NCBI GenBank assembly: GCA_964276515.1
Contig: OZ193910.1
Span: forward strand, 1,922,001 to 1,986,000
Reading direction: 5' to 3'
Length of the DNA: 64,000 nucleotides
DNA from: Gordius albopunctatus
Taxonomy: Eukaryota
Position numbers and translations under genes: made by a program. This document shows positions 1 to 11,200 of this stretch, in pieces; within the stretch, counting starts at the first letter, position 1; each line of letters opens with the position of its first letter. Below the pieces are notes generated by a model that made no database searches, was not told the DNA's origin, and saw only the letters and a list, made by a program, of their open reading frames with translations.

Positions 1-330
1 ACCAATACAGCAAAGTACTGTATCTGTCAAACCAAGATCAAGAAAATCATCGGGTAATTTCGAACTTATAGGCTTAAAGCTTAATGGATGGCAATAGACC
101 CAAGGCCTTACAATCATACCATGGGCTCGTGGTCTAAGTGCTTGATAGAAATTTACTGCGGTAGAAATGTTTGCTGAATTTTACAGCTCCCCCGACCTTT
201 CTCTCCTACGGGCAGAAGGAAAGTGTAAAAATATAATTACCTCAACAATTTAATTTGATCCCAGTAGCAGCCAAGCCCTCGGTAACTAAAGACCCGAGGA
301 TCGATTACGTAAACAAAACGACCCCTAAGA
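1..330 (+). mobile_element. Degenerate 3' remnant (RLE endonuclease region) of a CRE-like non-LTR retrotransposon
   Basis: Frameshifted DGNRP-GLTIIPWARG at ~87-132 matches the RPDG-x-TxxPW-xG motif, which is intact in the 58940-62305 element. Confidence 0.6.
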
Positions 331-1070
331 ATTTTTTAAGTCTTAAATTTGGAATAATCTATAAATGATTTATTTTAATTTGTGAATTTAGATCAAGATA
401 GATAATTTAATAGAAAATGGTAGCGATCATAGGTCCGAAGACGTACTATAAAGATGTGTCCATTATCATCATAATAAAGAACATGACATTAAAAATTTAT
501 ATATTCCTATCGGCAATAAAATTGGGAAAATAAAAAAGGTGAATTTTGTATAAAATGTGTATATGAAAAGGAAATGGTATTAAAAAGTAGCCCTGGGGCT
601 CGTAGGCTTTTTGATGTCAGGGCAAGTGTCTTCACAGTTGCTGGTACATAAATCGCAAACCGATTTGATTTTCTCCGTAACCGCGTCGAGAAATTTAACG
701 ATCGCCATTTCTATGCCAAAAAAATTAAATTTAGGTTACACATTTTTTATAATGGACTTTGGGATTCCATCTCGTTATTTGACTTAATACCTTTATAATT
801 TATCAAAATTTCTTCACTATGTTTGGAAATGAAGTGCAATAGAATACACAGTATAGTACTTATGCGATTTTTACTAGCACATCGCTCTCTTCCTCCTTCA
901 CTTACTCTTTTCACCCCTCCCCCCCTTTTCTTTCGCATCCATTCGCCACGCCTCCCTATCTAGCTAGACAAGCGCACAAAAAGGAGGTGGTAGTTGAGGA
1001 TTTGAAAGCCTAAGTATGGATTCTGTTTTCCTAGACTTAATCGGAGAAATTTTAATGGTGGGGTCTGGAT

Positions 1071-1440
1071 TAAAAAATGATCTATAGGATTATATTAATA
1101 TTTAAAATAATTGAAAATTGCATAGGAGCCTAGCTTTATAAAACGTTTATTTTTGGCACCTTTATCCTCATTTATCATATTATGTTATATCGGAAATATC
1201 AATTCAATTGTGGATTCCCTTGAAATTTTGCTTGAATTTGATTCAAAAAAGTAGCTAAAAAATGATCTATAGGATTATTTTAATATTTAAAATAATTGAA
1301 AATTGCATAGGAGCCTAGCTTTATAAAACGTTTATTTTTGGCACCTTTATCCTCATTTATCATATTATGTTATATCGGAAATATCAATTCAATTGTGGAT
1401 TCCCTTGAAATTTTGCTTGAATTTGATTCAAAAAAGTAGC
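1071..1440. repeat. 185-bp tandem duplication (2 copies)
   Basis: 1071-1255 is repeated at 1256-1440 (taaaaaatgatctatagg...aaaaagtagc). It is single-copy in the paralogous segment near 19600-19790. Confidence 0.95.
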
Positions 1441-1509
1441 TAAATAAGTTTGGCCTATAGGGACAAATGTTTTGTTTTTAAGCCGATTCCTAATTTATCT
1501 ATTTTAGAG

Positions 1510-1703
1510 ATTTTTCTTTTTATCGAGTATTAGGTCCCACTCATCCTGATCTATTAGGGCCATATTGGGATTATCTTCCTAGTTTTCATAACTTTGTCTA
1601 TTTGCCTTTTCCAGGTAACACGAGGTCGTCCTGTCACCTCCATGTCGAATACTTTTCCTTTTAAATATTTCGCCCCTCCTCTTTTATTTAAATAGCTCCG
1701 CCA
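1510..1703 (-). mobile_element. RTE-clade LINE 3' fragment
   Basis: Minus strand encodes [21 protein letters not shown], homologous to the C-terminus of the RTE ORF at 53177-53824. Confidence 0.8.
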
Positions 1704-2956
1704 AATCTCCTAAATTAATGCAAAAAAATTTGCCCAGAGTTTTTTTTAAATATTATATCATCGCTGGCAAACAATCATAGGTCACACAATTTTAATTGAT
1801 AAATAAAAAATTATTTAAATTAGTGTTACTTACTTTTAGAATTAAAATTTTTATTTGAAGCAAAAAAAGAATGGTCGCGAATTCGTTATGTATTATAAAA
1901 ATAAGTAGGAATCAAAAAGGCTGAACGAAATTATATTTGTTACAAAAAATTAATGAATTAGAAACACTTATATGCGCATACATTGTGTGAAAATGGCATG
2001 ACGCCTGTTTTAAGGTATTGCGAACAATGAAATGGCTACATAAATATAAATAATTCAATCCTCCATAAACGTAGCTAGGGATCTGACAGAAATGGAGTGG
2101 GCCAAAGATTTAACATGGGGGATGGCAGCATTCGCGAACGCGATATACAATCTAATAAAAAGGTAAGAAGATAATTTACTAGGATTTATGCCCGAATTGC
2201 CCAAATCCTATCAGCGTGCCCCCCCCCCCGGGCCTGCCCGAAAATTAAAATTTAAGACAGTTGCCCGGCCCGGGCATTTCTGGTCTCTGATACCAATATA
2301 ATATTAGCTGATTTTCGTTAATCAAGTCCGCTATCTCATATGATTACAATAAAGCTTAGTGAAACTTTAAAATTGTATATATGTTAATTATCTCATTTAA
2401 AATGGTTAAGAAACTTCAAATTTATATAACAAAACAATTTTATTTTCACTAATTTTAATTAAAAACATTTTTGACAATTAGAACAACGGATTTTATTTAG
2501 CGTAGAAAAGAGGATTTGAGGCCTCCATATGTCACATATTGATTGTAAACTATTTTTATTTTCAGTTTACAACTATAACCCCTTATAAAAATTTTTTATA
2601 ATAATTTGTCGGGCATAGAATGTAAGGAGGAATATTTTTTAGTTTTCATTCTTGCTAAGATGCCGAAGCTTTTGTAACGTATTATTTAAGGTGTATTTAA
2701 CAGCAATTAACTGTAGTCATAACTATTCAGTTCGTAAATTTTCAAATCTTTTAAAACTAAGTTTTTCCATGTAAGAACAACCTTTGCGCATATAGACGCT
2801 AATAGGAGACCGAAATATTAAAAAATATTTCTAGCATAATAATGCCTAAACAACAATCCTGAACATTAAGTTATCATCACTACATAAAATGTAAGAGATT
2901 TGCAGATATTTTCTGAGAAGTTAAAATAGACTTGAATACAAATCACATAATAAGGT

Positions 2957-3281
2957 AAAAACTTCTTAGTCGCAAATCGGATTATCGCAAAAATCTTTTA
3001 ATCGCGAAGTTAACTGCCGTTTTGTTTTTTTAACGATAATATTAACAAAAACATTGTTTATTGACAAATCGCTTAATAGTACAATATCGGATATTCACAA
3101 ACATTTTCGAGTCCTTAAATCAACCAGATAATTATATAAAATATCATTTTATTGCGAAGCGTAAGAAATGAATATTTAATATAAAGTACATATACTTTTC
3201 CCCCATCGTTTAATCGCGAAATATCGGTTAATCGCGAATTTTTTTCAGGCCCAAGGCTTTGCAATTAAACGGTTTTGACTG
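2957..3281. mobile_element. Tc1/mariner (pogo-like) MITE, copy 1, left end eroded
   Basis: Near-identical to 9072-9398; right end GCAATTAAACGGTTTTGACTG. Confidence 0.8.
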
Positions 3282-3326
3282 CAGTTTCAAATTATGCCTT
3301 GACCGTTTTTATCACAACCTAAACAT

Positions 3327-3485
3327 TAGTGTTGTAAAATCGACTGGTTCTCATTTGATCGAACTTTGGTTCAATTAAGAAGACTAATGATCGATTCTGG
3401 TCTGTTTTTCAAATTTCGACTAAGCCTAGAGGTCAACATAGAAAGACAGACCAAAAACCTAAACTCAGTCGTTTTAACGTCACTG
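3327..3485. mobile_element. hAT-type MITE, family B
   Basis: Starts TAGTGTTGTAAAA; internal sequence shared with copies at ~13433, 15922, 33514, 44320 and 49844. Confidence 0.7.
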
Positions 3486-4964
3486 CTAAGCATTTCTCTA
3501 CCTTAATATGATATATTTTATATTTTCTTGATTTAAAGTGAATATTTCAATATCCACCAAGGTCTGAAACCAAAACGCACTAAATCATATTTAAATAGCT
3601 TAAAAGGGCGAATGGCACTCAGATCTTTGATATCCCTCAACCTAATTTAGAGATATCTATAATTTCTCAGAGGTTGTTAGCAAGGGTAAATTTATATCAA
3701 AGAAGAGAGAAAAGAGAGTAAAGATCATTGGATAGATAGGCTTTGTATATGTTTGATGATAAGTAAAAACGATTTATGAGAAAAATAAGTTTAACAAATT
3801 GGATATAAACGAAATAATATTTTAGGCGTGGGAACTAATTTAGCTGTAGCAAGGCGTCAATTTACTGCACTTCTATACTTGGTAAAAAGCGATGAGGCAA
3901 ACGGAAAGCCTGAAAGCTAAAAACATATTTTAAAATAAGCGTGAAAAGATCGATAATATATATACTATTATTATGTGTCGTTATATCATCTGCGGAATCA
4001 TAGTATACGTATCAAAGCCTAGAAAATTAAGATGGAGTATTATATTGTCTTTTGGGATATTAAGAGAGATATGGCAGGGCTAGAGAAGGATTGAAAAAAC
4101 AGCTTAAGCTTATAAGACATAAATTAAATCTTATTTAAAGAAACAAAAAACGACGACGCAAGCATATAATTTATCAAAATGTGAATTTAAAATTATCCGA
4201 CATTGACCTTTGACATAATTAGCAATCTGAATTTTACTATGATCGTGTTTAAATCTTGGGCAATTTTAAGAACAGATTAGTTTTATCTTTATTTCTGTCA
4301 CTTATAGAGATCAAATATTCTTGTCGCATCTAAAATATTTTGAGTAAGACTGTTTCAGAAAGGTGCTTCTTAGATTATTTTGCATAACCATAAAATTTGT
4401 TTCAATCGTCAATTTAAGATCAAAAATTGAAAGATTTAAAAATATAACCTATAAACCATCTGTCAGAGTAATTTATCGCTTTTAATTATAATACATTTAT
4501 TAAACGTTCCGTAGATCATATGTTTGTCGCCATATATACATATTGTATTTCTCTTAGGTTTTATTATCTTCAAAAAGAATAAAGAAATTACCAATAAATT
4601 TGGTAATTATGGTAACTAGTGCCCTTGTGGGCAATAATGTAAGACCTATTTTTAAAATATTAAAGACACCTTACGATTTTCAATAAGAGAATCCAAAAAC
4701 TTATTTCAAAAAAATTTAAACCAAGTAACTAGAATTTTACTTTATAATTTTATAAATTATTCAAATAAAAATTACACGTGTCCATATATTAGCAATACAA
4801 CCAACAATAGTAAAACAGTTAGTTAATATGACTTCTCCCCCATTAATAGTTAAATTCCTCACAAAAGCTTTGGAGCAGGCTGAAGTTCCGTTTTGTTCTC
4901 ATTACGGTTCGTTAGAAATTTGATCTTTGTTTTGTATTCCACAATTTGGCTTTGACATTCGATT

Positions 4965-7000
4965 TTTGTTGTTGTAACACTCCTCCGACCGCATAATTGG
5001 AAGCATCACTCGTAATGGACTGCGTGCTACCTTCGTCTAAATGAGAAAGGCTGGTTATTTGCTTAAGAGCTTGTTTTGACCGGCTGAAAGATTCTACGGC
5101 TTAAGGGGTTAAAATGATAGGTCTCTTTGAATCGTCTAGTAGGTCGGTTAGGGGTTTAAGAATTTCTGCGCACATAGGAATGAAACGACGATAGAAATTT
5201 ATCATTCCTATAAAACGTCTAAGTTGTGTCATTGTGGTGGGAATTGAGAATTTTTTAATTGCGTCAAATTTTTCAGGTATCGGTTTAAGACCTTTGGACG
5301 TTACTGTATGCCCTAAAAAATCAACTTCCTTGACTCCCCGCTGACATTTCCCTAGATTGACGCTAATACCATTTTCGAAAAGTCTTTCAATAACTTGTTC
5401 GACGTGTACCTTATGTTCTTGAAGATAGGAACTGGCTATTAGAATATCATCTAAATAGACAAAAGTGTTGTCTAGCCCTTTAAGGACTTGGTCTATGAAT
5501 CTTTGGAAAGTTTGCGCCGCATTTCTTAAACCAAAAGGCATGCGTATGAATTCAAATAGACCGAAAGGTGTTGTAATTGCCGTTTTTGGGATGTCTCCTG
5601 GTGCCATCGGAATTTGGTGATAGGCACGTACTAAATCCAGTTTAGTAAATATATTCTTGCCCGCTAAAGACAGAGAGAAGTCGTGTAGATGTGGAAGAGG
5701 ATAACGATAGGGTATTGTATTAATATTGAGTGCCCGATAATCTCCGCACGGTCTCCAGTCTTGTTTGTTTTTCTTTGGGGCCATATGTAACGGTGATGCC
5801 CAGCAGCTCTTTAACCTTCTGATGATGCCTAAATCTATCATATGCATGAATTCGTCCTTGGCATTCTTCAGTTTCTCTGTATTCAAGCGTCTGGGTTTCG
5901 CAAATACGGTTGGACCTTTGGTTTCTATGTGGTGTTGGGTATCGTGCTTTATAGCCGGGCTATCGATAGTAGGTTTGAAAATGGCCGGAAATTTTTTAAA
6001 TAAGTTGGTAAATTCCGGAGGATGTATTATAGCCAGCTGTGAATTTAAAGCATCTGATGCCGGTTTTTCGTAAACGGATATTTTTTGTGCATCTATCAAT
6101 TGTTTCCTCTTGACATCAACTATTAAGTTAAAATTGTTTAAAAAATCCGCACCTAATATTGAAAATTTAACCTCGGCAATTGTAAAAGCCCATTGATATC
6201 GTTTTTTAAGTCCCAAATCTAAAATTAGCAACTTTTGTCCTAATATTTTTATGGTACTTGAATTAGCTGCCTGTAGTTGGATGTGGGGTGGTTGTAAATG
6301 GTCTTTCTTTTGCGCAGGTATAACACTTAACTCCGCCCCAGTATCGACCAAAAAGTGTAGAGATGATGTTTTGTCGTATATAAAAAATAAGCGACTTGGT
6401 TTGATAAGGCCGGTGCCAGTTGTCGCTTGGCCTGGATTTTGGGTCTTTGGGTATAAAAGCACACGGTGCAATACATTTGGTTGCTTTTTCGCCATATTCA
6501 CTGTGATACCAGCAAAAATTAGATCCGGTTGATGAACTAGGTGTGCGTGTTGATCGTGACTGAGATCGGTGTCTGGAAGCTGATCGGATTTTGTTAATGT
6601 CTTTTTTTAATCCTTCCACTGAGACACTCAGTTTTCTTACTAGTTCTTTCAATTCAACTATTTCACAATCTACATTTTGTTTGGCAGAGTTGATAACCGG
6701 ACTTACATGGTAAGTTGCGGCAATCTTATCGGCTGTTTTGGCTCATTTCGTCGATGATTGGTCTGTGGCAAATATTGCTAATATTCCAGTCATTGACGAT
6801 GGTAATTTATCCATCCATAATTGTTTAAGGATGTTGCGTTATCGTTTGTGGGGTCACTAGAAATGTAGCGTCACTAGCCCCTGTAAATAAAATACAAAAT
6901 TATGCAAGTGTAAGATTGATACACTAATTACTAAATAGGGGTAAAAACAAGGGTAAAATATAAGGCTATCCACATTTATTAATACTGAAAGTAAAAAATT
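4965..7000 (-). mobile_element. Truncated Ty3/Gypsy LTR retrotransposon (partial gag, protease, RT, start of RNase H)
   Basis: Gag CWYH..G..A.KC..PC motif (ORF 6263-6652); protease [21 protein letters not shown] and YLDD (ORF 5101-6501); RNase H DAS motif past an in-frame stop at 5101-5103; LTR end ...CTACA at 6864 followed by PBS-like TAGTGACCCC. Right boundary uncertain. Confidence 0.93.
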
Positions 7001-7119
7001 ACAAGATAATAATTCTATATGAATTAACGTGTATATATGCACCATTTAAGGTTAGATTAATATGCATAATGTATAAATATTTTCATATATTCAAATTGAT
7101 ATAATGTATTTTCATTATG

Positions 7120-7941
7120 TAATTACGTGGGTGAATAATAACTTACGTAAATTTGTGTATTCAAATTATAACGATTTGAGCGGCGCCATATTTTCAAATT
7201 GAGATAAAGTATTTACATTGTGTAATTACGCGGGTGAATAATAATTCACGTAAATTATGTGTATTTAAATTATGGCAATTTGAAAGGCGCCATAAGACTC
7301 TTTTTTGTAGTTGATTACTATCTTTTCTTTTCAATGTATCACCAACTAGTATATTATAAAAATATGGCCCTTGCCGAGCTTTCATCCTACCTTTGTGCCA
7401 TCCAGGACCTATCTCATTCTTAACTTTTACATGGTCATTTGTATTAAATTTCCTCCCTGTCTATTTCGATAATGAAGTAGTTTACGTTTTTAATATACTC
7501 CATTTTATCCCTTACGACCGGTCCTAAAAGATCAAAAATTATTTTAATCGCCTCCTCAACACTAATTTTGTCGGAGCCTTTCCCGCCGTTGAATGCGGAA
7601 TTCTAATTGATATCTTTTTTGGTTAGGTCTGTAGGGCTTATTAATATCCGCTTTTTAGTGTAAGTACATCTCGTTCAACTAATCCTTTTGGTTTCGTATA
7701 GTATGGGGAGGTTCTAATATGAGCAATCGCGTTTGCTTTAAAATTCCTTTAAATTCGCCGGATACAAAACGCCTCCCATGGTATTTGGATGTTGGCTGTA
7801 TTAGGAGGCGTAGCGATCGCGCCATATATATGTTTTATTGGTAAGATTATTCAATGAAAATTATATGTACTCGTACAATACAAACACCATGTATACATAT
7901 AGATAAGAGTTACATATGATAAAAAATAGTTAGTTTCTACA
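7120..7941 (-). mobile_element. Second, heavily deleted Gypsy remnant (integrase core and C-terminus, possible short LTR and PBS)
   Basis: Minus-strand IAHIRTSPYY..KGLVER (integrase core) at ~7670-7730 and W..G....GP..Y....NQLQ at 7300-7405. TGGCG PBS-like sequence just after ...ACA at 7831. A ~70-bp duplication at 7121/7224. Confidence 0.6.
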
Positions 7942-8235
7942 CTAAAAATTGCCACATATCTAGAATGTGAGTAAAATGCTAGCATTTTACTCTATGTTAT
8001 TATATGAATCTGATTTGCTTATTATCTATTACCACATTTTGTAGAAAGATCAATCCAACTAATTCTATTAAAAATGTCTACATTCGGTTGTTTTACAATT
8101 ATAATTAAGGCTACACATATTAGTCACGCGGTGATGCTTCTACTTAATCCTTCAAGGTATGCATCTATCCATCATATGATCTATAAATTATTCAAATTTG
8201 TAACACGCGCTGTAAAATTTTCTACGAATTTAAAC

Positions 8236-11200
8236 ATGCCAAAGGTTTTAAAATATGGTTCATGGAAAAGTCCTATAACAAGCGAATTGATAACGTCGGC
8301 TGGCATTAAATTTAATGAGGTTCAACTAGACCAAAATAATCTATTCAATAAAAGTAAAATTAATTAATATAAATATTAATTTAATATTTGTTAAATAATT
8401 AAATTTTTGCAGAAGTTTATTGGAGTGAATCTCATGCGAAAGAGGGAGGTAGAACCATAGTATTTTCATACAATTTTGATTCTCATGAAATTGAGGAATG
8501 GACTCCCAAAGGTTTAGATTTATAGTATTTATAATAATAATTGTTATTTTAGATTTTAATTTGTATACAAAAGTACATGAATATGGTGGAAACGCATTTA
8601 TTGTTAACAAAGATGTGGTGTACTTTAGTAACAAGAAAGATAATCGAATATATGCCCAAGAAGCTCCTCTTTCCACACCTTATCCAATTACCAAGGATGA
8701 TCAAAAATACAGATATACAGATTTTGTTTTTGATAACATTGTAGGTTTATATATGTATTGTACTATATATATATAGAATCAAGTGATAATATGTGTGTGT
8801 GAATATCATGATTCTCCTGAATTTGAGCCTGAAAATTTTTTGTGTTGTTTGAATTTAAAGGAAAAGGATAATATATGCTGCCTACAAAAAGGTTCAGATT
8901 TTTATACATCTCCTTCATTGTCATCTGATAGTTCTTTGTTAACATGGATTGAATGGAACCACCCTAACATGGTAATGAATTTAATAGTAAAATCAAGTAT
9001 TCTTTTGAGCTGTGTCCAAATTAATAGCTTGTTTAATTTTTCTCATTTTTTTTCTAATTTAAAACTATATACAGTCAAAACTTCTTAATCGCAAATCGGA
9101 TTATCGCGAAAATCTTTTAATCGCGAAGTTAACCGCCATTTTGTTTTTTTTCAAACGATAATATCAACAAAAACATCGTTTATTGACAAATCGCTTAATA
9201 GTACAATATCGGATATTCAAACATTTTCCAGTCCTTAAATCAACCAGATAATTATATAAAATATCGTTTAATTGCGAAGCGTAAGAAATGAATATTTAAT
9301 ATAATGTACATATACTTTTATTTCCATCGTTTGATCGCGAAATATCGGTTAATCGTGATTTTTAGGCCCGAGGCTTTGCAATTAAACGGTTTTGACTGTA
9401 CAAAATATTCAATTTTTGAATATTTAAATTAATTTAAAAGTTTTGTAAGCAATGAGTTTAGAACCTACATATGTTGTTTTAGCCTTGGGATTCTACAAAT
9501 GTTAAAATTGCTTCATTTCATGTAAAAAAAAATCTAAAAGGTGATTCGACCTCAGATTTTGCTACATTGTCTAATGTGAGAACCTGTCAATTAAATGCAT
9601 CAAATGGTGTCAGTAACATGCAACCTTATTTAAAGTCTATCAAAGAAAGAGATCCACAAGGAAAGGATAAATATGATTTAATTTATTTAAGTGATGCCGA
9701 TGGTTTTTACAAACTTTATCAAGCAGAAATTGGGACAGAAAATAAACTTGGTATCTTGACAAAATTATATATAATATTTATTTAACTTTTTTAACATTTA
9801 AAAGTATTAGTCATCTTAGATAAAAATATATGATAATAATAATTAATTTTCCTTATATTTAAGTATATTTAAATTTTACAGATTGTTATTTAATTTTATT
9901 TGTGAGATATAAATGTGCATACTCGTGAAAAGTCTATGTTTGTTGCAAAATTGGCTGGGCTTTGCTTGGGCGATCATTGGTTTTAGTCAACTTGTTCTCT
10001 TGGTATACCTTCAGAGTCGAAATTGACAAACAGATCTGGCAGCCATTTTGCAACATTACTCTGTAGTCTTTCAAGATAAAATTCATTTATTTACAAAAAT
10101 TTTATGAAAATTAAAAACGCGTTTTCACTAAATGTCTAGCTCTTGAAGCTAAATTTTCGGAGGTTATGCATAAAAACTTTATAAGAAGAATTGCAATATA
10201 ATCTTTGCACTTTGTTCAGATAAGGCTAAATATCTCATGCCACTTGAAGCTACATTGTGCAAGGATATTGGTTACCCGCATTGGGTGTCTGGAGACACGG
10301 CCTACGCCATAGACCCCAAAGACACGGATACAATCGTATTTTCCGCGGAAAACGTAATTTTCCTTTTTTACTGCGGCCTTTTACACATTTATTTCAGGAT
10401 TTGTACACGTTGAAACTGAGTCCTGACGAGTTGACCGGACTCGGACGATTGGAAAAAGTGGTTTGTGGGCAGTTGAACGCGTTAGCTGAAATACATAACT
10501 TAAAACTGAGCGCCGATGGAAAAAATTGTTTTTGCTTGATTTACCCGAAAACCGGGCCCGAATACGTGGCCTCTATCGATTTACACCTCAAAAAGGTTAT
10601 ATTACATGTTAAACCGTTCGGCAACAAGGTCTGCAAATTGGCGGCCATCTTTAAATGCGCACTTTGAATTCTAGTTATGAGTAAGGGGGGGACTTTGAAC
10701 TTCTTATAAAAATGCAATATACAAGTACAACTAAACCTGGTTTGGCTTATCATATTTAGTATTATACTCATTCTACGTTAACTCTCCCCCCCCCCGTTCC
10801 TAGCTAGATAAATTTATAAATAGTATTTATATCTAATTTTTTAAACTTTTGGCCTTAAATTATTATTTGATGCCCCGAAGGCCACAACGCCTACAAAAAA
10901 ATAGGCTAGGAATTTAAAAGGTACCCAGAATTAAATGAGTTCTATGGTAATACTTGTGAATTGTTTCATATCTTCTTCTATATCAAGTATTTGGTCCCAC
11001 AGTCCTCCTGGGGTTTGTTTTGATGAGTCTCTTCCATCTTGATCGGGTAAGGGGGCCATGTCTTGATTGAACTTCACAGTCTTCATAACTTTGTCCACTT
11101 GCCCCCTTTCCACGTGACTCGAGGTCGTCCTCTTCCTCTCTTACCCGCTACTCCATCCTCCAGTACTTTTCGAGATTTACTCCTTAGTATACATGGGCCT

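Larger units (their letters stand above)
1..1703 (+). repeat. Segmental duplication copy A (pairs with 18541-20049; probably extends left of the window)
   Basis: Near-identical to 18541-20049 apart from scattered SNVs, small indels and an internal 185-bp tandem duplication. The same 63-aa spurious ORF appears at 747-938 and 19282-19473. Confidence 0.95.

Noticed and set aside
747..938. Identical 63-aa ORF occurring twice (also 19282-19473)
   Set aside because: A consequence of the segmental duplication; no recognisable domain or splice context.
2050..2168. Exon-like stretch ending in AG|GTAAG
   Set aside because: No clear acceptor, partner exons or recognisable product.
5765..6532. Plus-strand ORFs opposite Gypsy pol, and similar ORFs opposite RTE, CRE and MCM5
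   Set aside because: Antisense shadows of real coding frames.
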